Positions 1 through 12,790 of a DNA stretch of 64,000 nt are shown piece by piece. Position 1 is the first letter of the stretch; every line of letters starts with the position of its first letter. The translations under genes were made by a program, and so were the position numbers. The notes below the pieces were generated by a model. The model made no database searches. It saw only the letters and a list, made by a program, of their open reading frames with translations, and was not told where the DNA came from. The DNA is taken from positions 34,782,001 to 34,846,000 of the forward strand of contig NC_135904.1 in assembly GCF_964194155.1 (NCBI RefSeq), read 5' to 3'. Origin of the DNA: Cetorhinus maximus. Taxonomy: Eukaryota.

Positions 1-720
1 CCACATAGTTAGGAGAGATCTCAGGGCCAATCATCTGACAGATGTAGTTGACTGTCTCCCTTGACAGTTGGAGCCTCCTTCAGCACTGCACCTCAGTCAT
101 ATTGAGGTAGCTGCTTCGCTGCCTGTATACCCTGGCAGCAGGATAGTAGCGTCTTCTGCGGCCCCTTCCACCTTTGGTTACCTCTTGGCCCTGTGCCCCT
201 TGTGCCTGCACCTGTTCTCCCAACGGTAGCTCCTTTGGAGGCTGATAGTGCACTCCTGGCCTTCTCCTTATTCTAGCCCTCCCTTCCTCCTCAGAGGAGC
301 TGCCTCCAGTGGACATGTCAGAACCCATACTCAGGCTAAAGGGAGGCCTCCGGAAAGCTGTAGGCCCGATAAAGATTCCTGACTGCAGAGAGCTGAGCTG
401 AAGGTTCAAAGTACAGAGAAAGCTGCTGGAATTTGTTCAGAACTGCTGCAGATCACAGGGAATTTTAAAACACTTTCTGCAATAAATACTCTCAGACCAG
501 ATTGACAACCCCACTGAGCCTTCTTATCCCGCCCGTGGAGTTTTATTAAAAAGCCTCTTACCCGCCTGCCCGTTGCGCTCGTGCGCCAACCCAAAGGTCG
601 CAGGGGAGCCTGAAAATTGGCGCCGAATGACGATTTAAGGGCCTTAACTAGCCCGTTAATTAATGACAGGCGGGCGTTGAAATTCATCGTGTGCCCGCCC
701 AGCGAAATATCATGATGGCG
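1..720 (-). mobile_element. PIF/Harbinger DNA transposon fragment (HARBI1-like transposase N-terminus plus GC-rich upstream region), running off the window
   Basis: ORF 80-409 continues through a TGA (likely CGA>TGA) as ARVYRQRSSYLNMTEVQC*RRLQLSRETVNYICQMIGPEI, similar to the N-terminus of the transposase at ~49830-49930. Confidence 0.75.
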
Positions 721-723
721 CGC

Positions 724-1350
724 AAGAGTTTGGAGAAGTGTTTGTAGAGTTGAAGCAGCTGATAAGAACGATGAGGGAGAGGGGGTGGTGGGGGTCGGGC
801 TGACGAGATCCTGTAGGGATCTAAGCACGTCAAGCAGAAAATTCTGCTCATGGAGTTCTGGTATGCACCACAGCACTCAGAGATCACATGGTTCTTACAA
901 GGCTGTTGTGTGACAGTGGTCACCTGCTGCACGACAGACACATTTCATCGCTGAATGCAGAAAAAAAAGGAATTGTATTATTTTGTAAAATACATATTAA
1001 CATTATTTAAATATATATTTGTGTATAGAAAAAAAATGATCAAAAACAATGCTCATCCAAAGGATATTTTCAAGGGTCAACCAGAGGCTTGGTGCAAGAG
1101 TTGGGTATTAAGAAGGGTATTCAAAGGGGAGAAAGAGGCAGAGAGGTTTATAAAGGGAACCACTGTGTGCGCAGCTGGAGATACAGCCACCAAAGGTGGG
1201 GCAAAGCACATGGGAAATGCACAATGGCTCAAAGCCAGTGGATTGAAGAGTTTGGAGAAGAGTTTGTAGAGTTGAAGCAGCTGATAAGAACGACGAGGGA
1301 GAGGAGGTGGTGGGGGTAGGGGTGACGAAATCCTGTAGGGATCTAAACAC
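724..1350. repeat. ~105-bp direct repeat pair (724-828 and 1246-1350); the second copy sits in an L2-like 3' fragment (~1090-1380, minus)
   Basis: aagagtttggagaag(t/a)gtttgtagagttgaagcagctgataagaacga...atcctgtagggatctaa(g/a)cac occurs twice. Confidence 0.85.
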
Positions 1351-2269
1351 AAGAGTGAGAATTTTGAGATGGTCACAGAAAGATTCTATTATTGCTAATT
1401 ACAGTGCCCACTTAAGGACTTTTCCTCAGGAGAAGGTAGAAGACATAATGGGCTGGCTGCACTGGTGAAATGGTGGGGAACACAAGAGGTTAAAACCACA
1501 TTCCTAGAAGGATGGCAAAAACTGCTCCCTGACTAGTCAAAATCCACCAATCAGGAAACTAGCCTTCTTTTCAACCCTCCAGTCCAGAAGTTTATCAGTT
1601 TGAAGTGGCTGAATTCATCTTTGCACACAAGCACAATGAAGGAGGAATTAACAGCTGCTTCACAGGATGGATCAAAGAAGACAGCAAGCTGCTTCTGCAC
1701 ATCATTGTGCAGTGCCTTTAAATAACAAAACATTAGAATTCCAATAGTACCAGGCCTAAAAGCTATCAGAAATAATGCACCACGTGCTTTTATTTTAATG
1801 GACCAGGTACCCTCAATTTAGGAGCCAATGCTTAAGTGAATACCTATTACATTATCTTATCAGGCTACTTACCAGCAGCATTCAATTATCAAAAAATTGC
1901 AGTACAACATTTCCCAAAGTATTCAGCAGATTTTTTTAGGCTAGAAGATTTAGAAAGAGATTGAGCACAATTGTTTTTACAAAATGGAAACAATTTCACA
2001 TTATTTAAATGTTATTTTGCTGGGTTGCAAATGCAAAGCTCATAGCATTAAGAAGTGATGTATGCAATTATTCATCGATAAAATAAGGGGTTAAAAAGCC
2101 TCTCTGCCAGGGCTGCAGGGTTTAGGCCTGGCATAATGGGAGGTGATTGTACATAAAATTCTACCAGCACTTTCGGTCCGACGACCATCCGAAAACTCTG
2201 CATTGGCCTCTCGTACATCTTCCACCATCTTCGTTTCATCACTGGCAGCCTTACCCTCAGCTATTCAAC

Positions 2270-2460
2270 TATTTCACTTTAAGCTCTGGAATTCCCTCCC
2301 TTTCTCTCCTCCTTCAAGATTCTCCTTAAAGACCTCATTAATCAAGGCTTTATTCACCTGTCCTAATATTTCCTTTGGCTTTGCATGAAATTTTGCCTGA
2401 TTACACTCCTGTGAAGTTCCTTGGGAAAAGTTTCGACATTAAAGTATAATTGTATAAATC
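2270..2460 (+). mobile_element. L2-type LINE 3' end
   Basis: aagctctggaattccctccc...ctccttaaagacc...gtgaagttccttggga...cattaaag, same tail as 48290-48440. Confidence 0.6.
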
Positions 2461-2634
2461 GATGTTCTTGCATTTCAACAGAAATTGTTTGACAAAATTG
2501 AAGCTGATCCCCTCATTTAAAAAGATCAAGGTTTCTCATTTCCTTATACATGAACCAAGTATCAGTTTAATATTTTTAAAATATCCACATTATGTCAGGT
2601 GATTAAAAATAGACGTCCCGAACATTGAATTCTA

Positions 2635-3160
2635 GGGCTGGATTTTCCTTCCTTGGTTCTGATCCCAATGTTGGGCTGAATTCTGGGTCAGGAATTTGAA
2701 ACTGCTAGCAGTGGGACCCTGGAAGCAATTTTTCAAAAGGTGGCAAATTAAGAACCCCTCCACAGGATCGTCACAGGCCCTTTGCCAATCATGACTACAG
2801 AGTCAGAGGTAAAATTGTAAGATAGAGTAGTGGTGCCTCAGTCTGTCATCGGGAGGCCACCTCCATTCCTCGGCCGGGTTTCAGCCTCAGCAGGGGACTC
2901 ACATGCCAATTGGAAAATTCCAGTCGGTATTGGCATAGTGGTCTCAATAGGCCCTTTTTAGGTTGCCCAATTGGCTAGCCGCAACTTGTGGGCAGGTAGC
3001 TATCACACCATCACCTCCCCCCGCCGCCCAACCTTAACAATCCAACCTGTTCAAAAACAGCCTGGAAGCAGGAAAAATGTCAAGTGTGCCAGCTGTCAGC
3101 AGAAAATGACAGGCCTTCCTGCATCTGTGGAAACCTCCTTAGCCCTTCAAAAATCCGACC
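2635..3160. mobile_element. Non-autonomous Harbinger-like MITE
   Basis: GC-richer island bounded by gggctggatttt and aaaatccgacc, imperfect TIRs resembling ggccgggatttt at 12552 and 48450. Confidence 0.55.
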
Positions 3161-4699
3161 TGTGATGTTTATTTCATTTCTGATCAAGTCCAATTAAGGA
3201 ACTTCTATGATAGGATGAGGGCTATTTATTACAACCTTGTGGATTAAAATAAGAAATCCATGAGCACCAGGAACTTTAAATAAACTATAATGTATAGATT
3301 ATTATTTCATTCTGGCCATGGCACACAAACAGACCACCAAACTAAACATCGCTTGGCTGAGTTTAATTAGCCAACCTTATTTGCTGATTTCGTTTCAATG
3401 GCTAAATAAATAAATTCCTTTAAAGAGTAAGAGGATACTAAAAAAAACCTGAATTGTTGAAGTACTTTTTCCAATGATGTGAAGTAGAATACTTGTGGTG
3501 GGCCAAGAGAGATCATGTGTGGAGAGAACTAGAAATGGAATTTAGCTTTGTGGCTTCCTATATGCAGTTTAACATATTTCAAGGACCAGAAAAAAACATT
3601 ATAGTACACTGATTATTTATCAATAATCTCAACAGCTGAAAGTAGAAATTGAAAACGTAAACAGACGTAATGCAACAGGAGTGCAGCTGAAGAATACTTG
3701 AGATTTTGACTCAAACAGCTTAAGCTCATTAATTTAGGATCCAGTTCTATATTTTATGCTCAAAAGGATAAAATAAAATAATTACTTAGCATATCTATTA
3801 AGCAAGTACACTCACTGACTTGCAAACTAAGTAAAAATAAATGCAATAAAACTAACCTTACAAACTAGTATCAAATAGGAAAGCACACAGGCATCGAGGT
3901 GTCCTACATACTGGAGGCTGAGTTGGAAAGACTAAGAGGCTGCACTTGGTACCTCAATTGTGTGGGGAGCAATGCAAGTGCTTGTAACTACATGAGGTGT
4001 ATCTTTGTTGTACTGATTATTTAAAGTGAAATTTGTCTTTTTATTTGAAATATAATTTACTTATTAATTCACGTTTGAATCGTGTTGATTTTAGTTGGTT
4101 TGCTACAGCAAAAGTTTAAAAAAGTTAAGTTTTTGCCTTTGGTCATTTCTGTTGGCGTAATTTTGGACATTAGAAATTTCAATTACTGAGGAAAATGGTG
4201 GCACAATACAGTTTATTTCATAGTTTTGTGAAAAAGACAAATAACAAAATTACAACAGTATTGAGCAATATCAGGTAGTTAGCAGTCTGTGTAGCAGCCC
4301 ACTAAAGGCAGTACCAGCATATTAAATCATTTTGAGGCCTCATTTGCCTTGATTTTACCACCCATACTCTGGATGAATATATCATATCCCTGCCCCAATC
4401 TATTTCCAGTGTCACTATTGGCAGAAATTAGGTATTTAAGAAAATAAAAATATTGAAAAAAAAAACAAGTGGACTGTAGACCCCTGACTATTACATCAAT
4501 TAACTGGTAACAGTAAAATAATGGGGAGCCAACCTGTGAGTGATAATAAATTAGCAAAAAGCAGCTAAGCCTGACTTTAGAATGAAAAATAAACTTGCTT
4601 TATTTTTTATGAAGAAGCATTATTCAATTAGGCCATGGAAAGCCTTATAAGCATGGAATTCTTTCAGGAGCAACTGGCAAAGTATTGTGTGAAAGTTTG

Positions 4700-5890
4700 C
4701 TCCAATTTAGTGAAGTTAAATAAAACCTAGAGATGGATTAGCAATTGACAGCAGGAACGAAAGTAGGCGCTTTTTGGGAAAATGTTGTCGGTTGAGAGAT
4801 GGAAAGCTTGGAGTAGACTGCCCCATAGATCAGCGCCCAGGACCTTTCTGTGGTCAAATTTACAGACGAGATAGGGGCACAACTTCAAAGTTTGTAGTTA
4901 AACAGTGAGGATGATAAACACAGACTTCAGGAAGATACATAACACTGGTGAAATAGGCAGACAGATGGCAGAGGAAATTTTAAGTGGAATTGTGAAATGA
5001 TGCATTTGAGGAAGGAGAATGAGGAAAGGCAATATAAACTAAATGGTAACATTTTAAAGTGGGTGAAGGAAGAGAGCGACCTGGGAGACTGCATATACAA
5101 TTCTTTGAAATTGGAGAACCGTTAAACATACAGAATCCTTGGCTTTATGAATAGGAGTGTAGAATACAAAAGCAAGCAAGTTATACTAGACCTTTATATG
5201 CTAAGCGAGTTAGGCCATAGCTGGAGATATTGTATCTAATTCTGGCTACCATACTTTAGGAAGGATGTCAAGGTCTTGAGGAGGGTGCATAGGAGATTTA
5301 CTATAATGATACTAAGCATGAAGGGCTTCAGTTATGTGGAGAGACCAGAGAGGTTTAGATTGTTCTCCTTAGAGCAAAGAGGGAGATTTCATAAAAGTGT
5401 TCAAAATTATCTGGGGTTTGGATAGAATAAATGATAAGATCATAAGAAACAGGAGCAGGAGCATTTGGCCCATTGAGCCTGCTCTGCCATTCAATGAAAC
5501 CATGGCTGATCTGACTGTGGCCTTAACTCCACTGTCCTGCAAGTCCCCCATAACTCTCGGCTCCCTTGTTGATTAAAAAATCAGTCTAACTCAGCGTTGA
5601 ATATATTCAATGATATTCAATAATCAAGGTGGATTGTTTCCATTGGCAAAAGGGCAGGTAACTAGGGTGCACAGATTTAAGATAATTGGCAAAAAAACGA
5701 AAGGAAAATGAAGAGTTTTCTTTTTACACAGTGAGTTATGATGATCTGGAATTCACTGCTTTAGTGGTGGTGGAAGCAGATCAATAGTAACTTTCAAAAG
5801 GGGATTCGTTAAATATTTGCAAAGGAAATCTTTGCAGGACTATATGGAAAGCATAAGGGAGTAGGACTAATTGGAAAGCTCAGGCATGAA
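4700..5890 (+). mobile_element. Degenerate CR1 LINE 3' half, with an opposite-strand CR1-type tail nested at ~5440-5620
   Basis: Decayed homology to the CR1 RT C-terminus at 46563-47501 (e.g. ttctggctaccatactttaggaaggatgtcaagg). Confidence 0.75.
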
Positions 5891-5899
5891 GTCCACCTT

Positions 5900-5995
5900 G
5901 ATTTAGCATCTCTCCAACAGTGTAGCACTTCCTCAGTACTGTACTGGAGTGTCAGCCTAGACTTTGCTGTTGAAGTCACCGGCAATGGGACTTCA
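5900..5995 (-). mobile_element. Deu-domain SINE fragment (SacSINE1-like)
   Basis: cagtgtagcacttcctcagtactgtactggagtgtcagcctag is the reverse complement of the block at 34840-34870. Confidence 0.6.
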
Positions 5996-6258
5996 ACTAA
6001 TAAATGTTTAGTGACATTCCTGGATGGGTGGTCAGACAGAAAGTTGCCAGCTTAGGTTGGGTGGATGAGAAAGGCTGAATGTAACTAAGCAGGACAGAGG
6101 GACATCCTTGTGAACAAAGGGGAGAGCTAAAAAATAAACGTAGAAAATAGGACAAGTAAAAAATTGCATTTAACGTGGATTAATATCCAACAGAAAACAG
6201 TCAATAGAAGAATAAGATAAAATTAAATTAAAACATTATGTATCGAAACATTTAAAGT

Positions 6259-6393
6259 CAAAAACAAAAACAGAATTACCTGGAAAAACTCAGCAGGTCT
6301 GGCAGCTTCTCTGCCGATGCTGCCAGACCTGCTGAGTTTTTCCAGGTAATTCTGTTTTTGTTTTGGATTTCCAGCATCCGCAATTTTTTGTTT
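6259..6393 (+). mobile_element. Mini Penelope-like terminal hairpin insertion
   Basis: Near-perfect ~45-bp inverted repeat (aaaacagaattacctggaaaaactcagcaggtctggcagc) with 18-bp TSD tatcgaa(a/g)catttaaagt at 6241-6258 and 6394-6411. Confidence 0.9.
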
Positions 6394-7849
6394 TATCGAA
6401 GCATTTAAAGTGACTTGCGAATGGGAATTTTATTTAAGACTTTCTGGTAATTCATTGGCTAGAAAGGCAGCTAGATGGTCAATAGTATTCAGTTACACAC
6501 TGAGTTCCAGCTTCACAGAATTACTCTTCACAATAAAAGGTTCAGTTTAAGATTTTCTATATAATTTTACGTATTAATAATAATATTTAAACAAACCTGT
6601 TGAAGATAGATGTAGTATTGTATCAACTAAAACTAAGATTACCTAAGATTAAAATTAAGAGAGATTAATCATGATTAATTTTGAAAACTTAGCAACCCTA
6701 TTATTTACAAGGTTAGGAGTTGTAAAACAATCTGTATTACTGTGGACACAGCACAATTGGCTGATATATCACCCGTGGATTGATTGACCTGTAACTGAAA
6801 TTTTTGTGCAAATAATTCCTACAAAGGACAGCATGTGTGGCAGGCATCTGTTGCATCATTATATAATAATTGCCTGCAACCATTTCTCATTGCCAGATGA
6901 TCTATTATAGGGTTTAGCTGGTTTTTATTGCAATGTATATCTTTAGCACCATCATTAAATTTGAACAATCTCATTCACTGCTCAGTAGAAGCTAAACAAA
7001 GGGAGTAAGACTTTCTAAAGTGTCACTAACGTCCAAAACTAGTCTCTCCAAATGCAAACCATCCTGATTTGCTACGGATGTATTAGCACATTCCAATTTG
7101 ACATTGCAATCACAACACTTAATCAATCACAATGTACTTATATTAAACTTCTGGGTAAATGGTTGCTTATAATGAACATTTTTGGTCCAAAACAAAATAC
7201 TTTCTGATCATCATAGAAAGACTTGGCAAGCACTCTATATTTCTACTATTTAAAGGAATACATTCCAATCTTAATCTTGGAATTCTGACAATTTGCTTTA
7301 ACCACTGAAACTGATAGAGATATGCCAGAAAAATGTCTACAGGTTCATTGCTATTATTCTGACTTTGGGTGCTGAAATTGAATTATGTCGCTGCATTAGA
7401 AGTGAAGAACAAACTATAGAAAATAAATGCCTAACTTTTTCTTTAGAATTCTAAGTATTCTGTTTGCAGTTTGACCTTCCTGCATTCTGGAATCGCTCCA
7501 TGAGCCTGATTTCAACTTATTTACCACTGATCAGATTGTGATGCTTTACAGGAGCTAGCTGAACAAGTTCTAAATTATTACTGAATTGTGCATGCATCTG
7601 TAAACATAACTTGTCCAGAAATCCAGCCTTCAGAACTGAAGGTGATTATAGATCTATAAATAATACTCTCAGTGCTGACTCTGGGGCTCCTGCTGCCAAG
7701 CTGCAAAACCTCAGCGCAGTTTTTGTTATTTTTGAAAGGCATGGATCTGCTGCTCAGAGCTCTGGGGAGCACAGGAACAAGCTGTACAGTGCATAGATCT
7801 GTTGATCACAACAATTCATAATTACATTGAAGATTTAATTGGTAAAACA

Positions 7850-8460
7850 CTCCACATGCTTTTCAAGGGTGTGATCATTCAAAATTGACATGGGGCCAAA
7901 AGAGACATCAGGACAGGTGACCAAAAGCTTGGACAAGAAGGTAGGTTCTAAGAAGCATCTTAAAGGTGAGAGTAGCAGCAAACTGGAGGGGTTTAGGGAG
8001 GAAATTCCAAAGCTTAGGGTCTAGACGGTTGAAGGCACAGCTATGAATAAAGGGGCAAAGGAAGTGGGGATGTGCAAGAAACCAAAATTTGTAAGAAGCA
8101 AAGTTCTCAGATGGCTGAGGAGCTGGAGAATGTTACAGAGGTAGGAAAGGGATTTGAACGTGATGACAAGAATTTTAAAATTTCGGCATTGGTTGATTTG
8201 GAGTTAATGTTGGTTGGTGACGATGGGTGAACGGGATTTAGCACAGGCTAGGTTAGGGGCAGTAGACTTTTGGATAAGCTCAAGTTTCTGGAGGGTTAGG
8301 GAAGTAGGCAGACTTTGTGCAGACAAGTGGTCAGCTTGACATTGGCCAGGGAGGAGAATGGAATCAGTGGCTAGGGATAAAAGACAATGGCTTCAGTCTT
8401 CCCAAGATTAACTGGAGAAAATTTCAGCTCTTCCAAGGGCGGATGTTGGTAAAGGCCAGG
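7850..8460 (-). mobile_element. Degenerate L2 LINE 3' fragment
   Basis: gtttagggaggaaattccaaagcttaggg is the reverse complement of the L2 tail; similar to 37650-38075. Confidence 0.6.
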
Positions 8461-8771
8461 AGAAACGTATGCAGTGCATGAATCAACTAACTGCATGGCT
8501 AGCAGTAAGTTATACAATACATAGATCAGCCACTCACTTGCCTTTATTCTGTCCTCATTTAATCCAAGTCCTTGTAACTAAGTATTATTTGCAGGTTTGG
8601 ACATTACGCTCCCTATTCCTGGTGTCCTGCATGTCGTAAGTGTATCACATTTCAGGATTTAAAATTATTTATCCACATAAACAATTTGCAAAAAAATGTT
8701 AATTTTAATATTAGAATTTATTTTCTTCTAAAGGAGAAACCTTGACAATGGATGGTTATATTAAAATGGGA

Positions 8772-8994
8772 TAAAAAAAAGCAAAAAGTGCTTGAAAAGC
8801 TCATGAGGTCAGCCAGCATCTTTGGAGAGAAACAGAGTTAACATTTCTGGTTGAGTGACCTTCTGATGAAAGGTCACTCAACCAGAAATGTTAACTCTGT
8901 TTCTCTCCACAGATGTTCGCTGACCTGCTGAGTCTGTCCAGCAGTTTTTGTTTTTTTTTAATTTCAGATTTCCAGGATCCACAGTTCTTTTGTT
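8772..8994 (+). mobile_element. Mini Penelope-like terminal hairpin insertion with a degenerate hammerhead core
   Basis: Palindrome centred near 8865 (gagagaaacagagttaacatttctggttgagtgacctt / aaggtcactcaaccagaaatgttaactctgtttctctc) with CTGATGA at the centre. TSD ttaaaatggga at 8761-8771 and 8995-9005. Confidence 0.85.
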
Positions 8995-11299
8995 TTAAAA
9001 TGGGAGTTGTTTTTCCCAGAAATTAAAAATTTACTAATTTATCAGGTTGACTCGGTCACTCAAACAGCACCACATTTGTTATGTTGGAAATCAACTGATC
9101 CTGGTCTGTTCGTGAACAGAGGACATATTTAGGTAAAGAAAGAAAATAGGCAGACTTTTTGGAACAAGAAAGCCATAAAGGGCAGTCAAGCTTGTTGAAA
9201 GGAATGCTGTGAGGGTTTTTACATGAAGAGCTTAGGAGCATTGGAGAATAGTTCAAAGCCATTTTGTTTAAGTCAAGTGAAATGCCTCATATTATGGCAT
9301 GTTCTTTATTTTGTATTATTAAATGTGGATAAGTGGTATATATTTTATTAAGGGAGTTTGATCCTAACTTTTGTGCTAGGCATTCATTTTACTATGAAAT
9401 AAAGCTGATTAGTTATTTGTATCTGGCTTCATCTCACTCAGTTATTTATTTGGTCTGCCTTCAAACAGGTTGAAGAAGTGCACATGGTAAAGACACGAAA
9501 ATCTGGGAACCCTTTCACAACGGGGTACCATTGTTATGTCTCTTGGTTACACTATTGAGCAAATAGATACAGAGCAATCCGGCAGTTTATGGGAGAAGCT
9601 AATGACAATGAACTAGAAAAAGTATCTCTGACAAACCCAAATTTGGAACGCAGAGCCCTATCACGTTGGCCTACATTCTCGGTTAGGTGGAATTTCTTAT
9701 CCATGTCATGGAAGTTGTTTCCAATCCACACATTTATATTTTAAGTAGGCTTCTCTGGTGAACAACCCTATCAAAATTCATCTGGAAATCCAAATTTGGT
9801 GCTCGAATACCTAAGGCCCCAGAGCAGGTCCCAATTGTAGGGATAAAAGAAAAAGAAAGGGAACCCCAAATCTTTTGACCCTTACTATTTATTTTATCTT
9901 AATGAGCTTATTGTTCTATATAATTGTTCAGTTGAGTGTTTAAAGTCCATGAATATAAGAAAAACAGCATAAAAATATATCACATGCTGCATTTGCAGCA
10001 TCAAATTACTAAAAATCAGTTTTAAACATACCAAGTATGATCACTTTAAATTGATGTAATTTTATCCAAAGCTTTAAAAAAAGGGCCAAGTTTTCTGCCC
10101 ATTGAGAATGAATGTACAGACATTTAATGTAAAGCCCAAACATTGTGACCGTGATCACGTTTTCCTTGCTCCTGAAACTACAGCAGCAGCTTGAGGTGGT
10201 GACAGCCAACTCTTTTAGGTAAAATTTTCTAGTTAATATTTTTTCCACTTCACACAGTGAACGCAAACACATGAGAGAGAGGGAGATTGCACAGCTGGTT
10301 TTTTTAATACTTAAGTTTAAGTGATTGCTGTTGACTGAAATTACATATCTTGGACAGTAAAAAGGCAAGATATTTTTACAGATAATATTATATCAGTTTG
10401 CTTTTCCAAATGATTAACATGTCGGAAGATGAATTTCAGAAGTTGTTTAAGGAGAAATTTCAGACTAAAAACTTTTGAAGTGTGTATTTTTTTAAAAAAA
10501 CTTCAGAAGGTTAAGGCCATCACAGGGAAACAGATTGAGGTACTTTTGTGAATGGTTTCGACTAAGAATTCCAAAATATCATTTGTTTACAGAAATAATT
10601 AACCATGCAGCTGTGCTAGCTATTTACACAGTTACAATGAGAAGGCAGACCAAGCTTTCCAAATAAACTATCAATGTCAAAGAAATTCCAAGTTGCCAAC
10701 TCAGGTCTGCCAAATCTTTGGGCCATCCTCGCTACCCACCGATTAGTAAAGCTAAACACAAGGACCTACACCCTGGTGCTGTCAGATCCTGGGGCCACTG
10801 CCTTGGTTGCCATTAGATCATAGAACGCCCCCAGACATTGGGTCACCTGGTCCCCTATTTTGAAACTCTGGGACCTACTTACTAATGTCAAACATTCAGA
10901 TTCCACATCAGTGCTGTCAGTTCTAAAGAAGTCATCTCTCCAATGCTGCCAGATCCTGGAACCTCCCAAGAAGTGTCACATTCCCATGCTATCAAAGCCC
11001 AGTCCTGCAAAACAGGTTTCAAGGAAAACGGTACAAAATCCCAGAATTATATCCCCAGAACAATGACAAAAACACCAGAAATACGATGTAAGAAGAGTTA
11101 TTTATTCAGTCAGTCGCCACAAATCCCTGTGTTACCTGGCATAACCCACCACCATTATGAAGCAACGTTTCCTCTGATTCAATCTGCAAAATGCCACTGG
11201 ACATCCAGTACCAATCCATGAATACATTTGTACATATTTCTGTCCATCACACTCTGCGTCGTGTTCGAGCAACAGGCTTTGTCGCGTTTGCTCATCGTT

Positions 11300-11700
11300 G
11301 GTAAAAAAGAGACATGTTACCGAAGCTTTTCGTCTTGCGTTCATCAGGGCAGATGCCAAATTTCAAGGGTAGCATAACTTATGCTGCATGAGAAAAGGGT
11401 GCTGATTGGTTTACAAGTTAACTCTGATTCTTCAAGGCATTGCCATAGAGAATATACCAGAGAACTATTGTCCCCAATGCTTTTGTTTAATTCAAAAAAG
11501 GTGCAATGCCTAGACATGTTCCCTTTACTGCAGAGGACAAGTCCCTGCTCACTGAAACATTATCAATACACCTGGAAATGAACACTATGGAAATTAGAAC
11601 GAATTATGCTGTTGATTGTTGCTTCCTTTGAAATTTGGCATGAATGCAAGACGAAAAGCTTCGACAGTGTATTATTTCAGCAATACTCAAGCTCTGTACT
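11300..11700. mobile_element. Inverted-repeat remnant of a probable second Penelope-like family with a hammerhead-like motif
   Basis: Arms ~11321-11370 and ~11625-11665 are reverse complements (cgaagcttttcgtcttgc / gcaagacgaaaagcttcg; tgccaaatttcaa / ttgaaatttggca). Minus strand reads tgcc-CTGATGA-acgcaagac-GAAA-agct-tc-ggta. Confidence 0.55.
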
Positions 11701-11879
11701 AACAAGCGACTATTTGTATACCTGAAACAGAGGTACAGCAAAGACCAAATTTGGGATAACAACAACATAGTTTGATTCACAGGTAAATTAAGAACAGCTA
11801 AGTTATCTATTGAGTTTCTCCGAGAGTGTATTAGGCCCAGGGTTGTACTAGTGTTCATTTCCAGAAAAAATATGATGGA

Positions 11880-12790
11880 GATGGAGGAACTGGGAGTTCT
11901 GATGATGTAACCTTCTGCAACAATGCTTCTGAGTTGTCTGCTTTTTTTCCCTCAACAGGAGGACTCCTCCCCGCAGCCCCCTCCACCCCACTGCGGTTGA
12001 CAGGGCCCCCTCAATCGTGTCCGCCACATTTCCTTCGCTTTTGCTCTCACCCCTTCCCCTCCCTCCAAGAACCACGATAGGGTTCTCCTTGTCCTCACCT
12101 TCCACTCTACCAACCTCCATTTTCAATGGACAATTTGACGCTATTTCCGCTAACTCCAGTGTGATGCCACCACCAAACACATCCTCCCCGCCCTCCACTT
12201 TCAGCATTCCGGAGGGATTGTTCCCTCCGTGATATCCTGATCCGCTAATCAATCATCCCTGTCTAGTTCCCACAGCATCTTCCCATGCAAACGTGGAGAT
12301 GTAATATCAGTCCTTCTATCTCCACTTTCCTGACTATCTAAGGCCCCAAACACTTCTTTCAGGTGAAGCAACGATTTACATGTACTCCTTTCAATCTAGT
12401 GTACTGTAATCACTGCTCAAAATGTGGTCTCCTCTACATTGTGGACACCAAATGTAGATCACCCTATCACTGACCTTATTTTGTCTTGTCCCCCCAACCC
12501 TTGCTCAAAACCAACATCACTTCCAGTGGAAGGTCAGTGACCTGAAACATAGGCCGGGATTTTGTGGTCTTGCCCATGGCAGGAATCGTTGCAGGAGGAA
12601 CTGAAAATTTGACGAACTAGCCAAAGGTCCTTTGACTTCAGGCAGGAACTTCCAGTCCCTCGGCGGACGGGATTGGAAAATTCTGGCCGTTAACTCAGTT
12701 TCTCTCCACAGATGCTGCCATAACCTGTGTATTTCCAGCATTTTCTGTTTTTTATTTCAGATGTCCAGCATCCACAGCATTCTGCCTTTT
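11880..12790 (+). mobile_element. Older Penelope-like element 3' remnant
   Basis: Collinear with 24740-25300 (including a decayed GIY-YIG-coding region, VYCNHCSKCGLLYI) and ends in the same ttaact...ctctccacagatgctg...tttccagcattttctg terminus. Confidence 0.85.
12552..12688. mobile_element. ~137-bp Harbinger-type MITE inserted in the Penelope terminus
   Basis: TIRs ggccgggatttt / aaaattctggcc. The left TIR is identical to the start of the Harbinger at 48450. It splits the gaaac...ttaact motif. Confidence 0.75.

Noticed and set aside
1551-1733. 60-aa minus ORF with an acceptor-like site as a possible next ARNT2 exon
   Set aside because: No frame resembles the expected downstream ARNT2 peptide (recalled as MTIPEED...CLVAIGRLQ).
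6259-6365. Hairpins as miRNA genes, terminators or CRISPR-like repeats
   Set aside because: Dispersed, TSD-flanked and matching the Penelope terminus; no spacer periodicity; eukaryotic context.
8595-8635. Plus-strand 41-nt exon-like segment (ttgcag|...|gtaagt)
   Set aside because: Antisense to ARNT2, no partner exons and no recognisable peptide.
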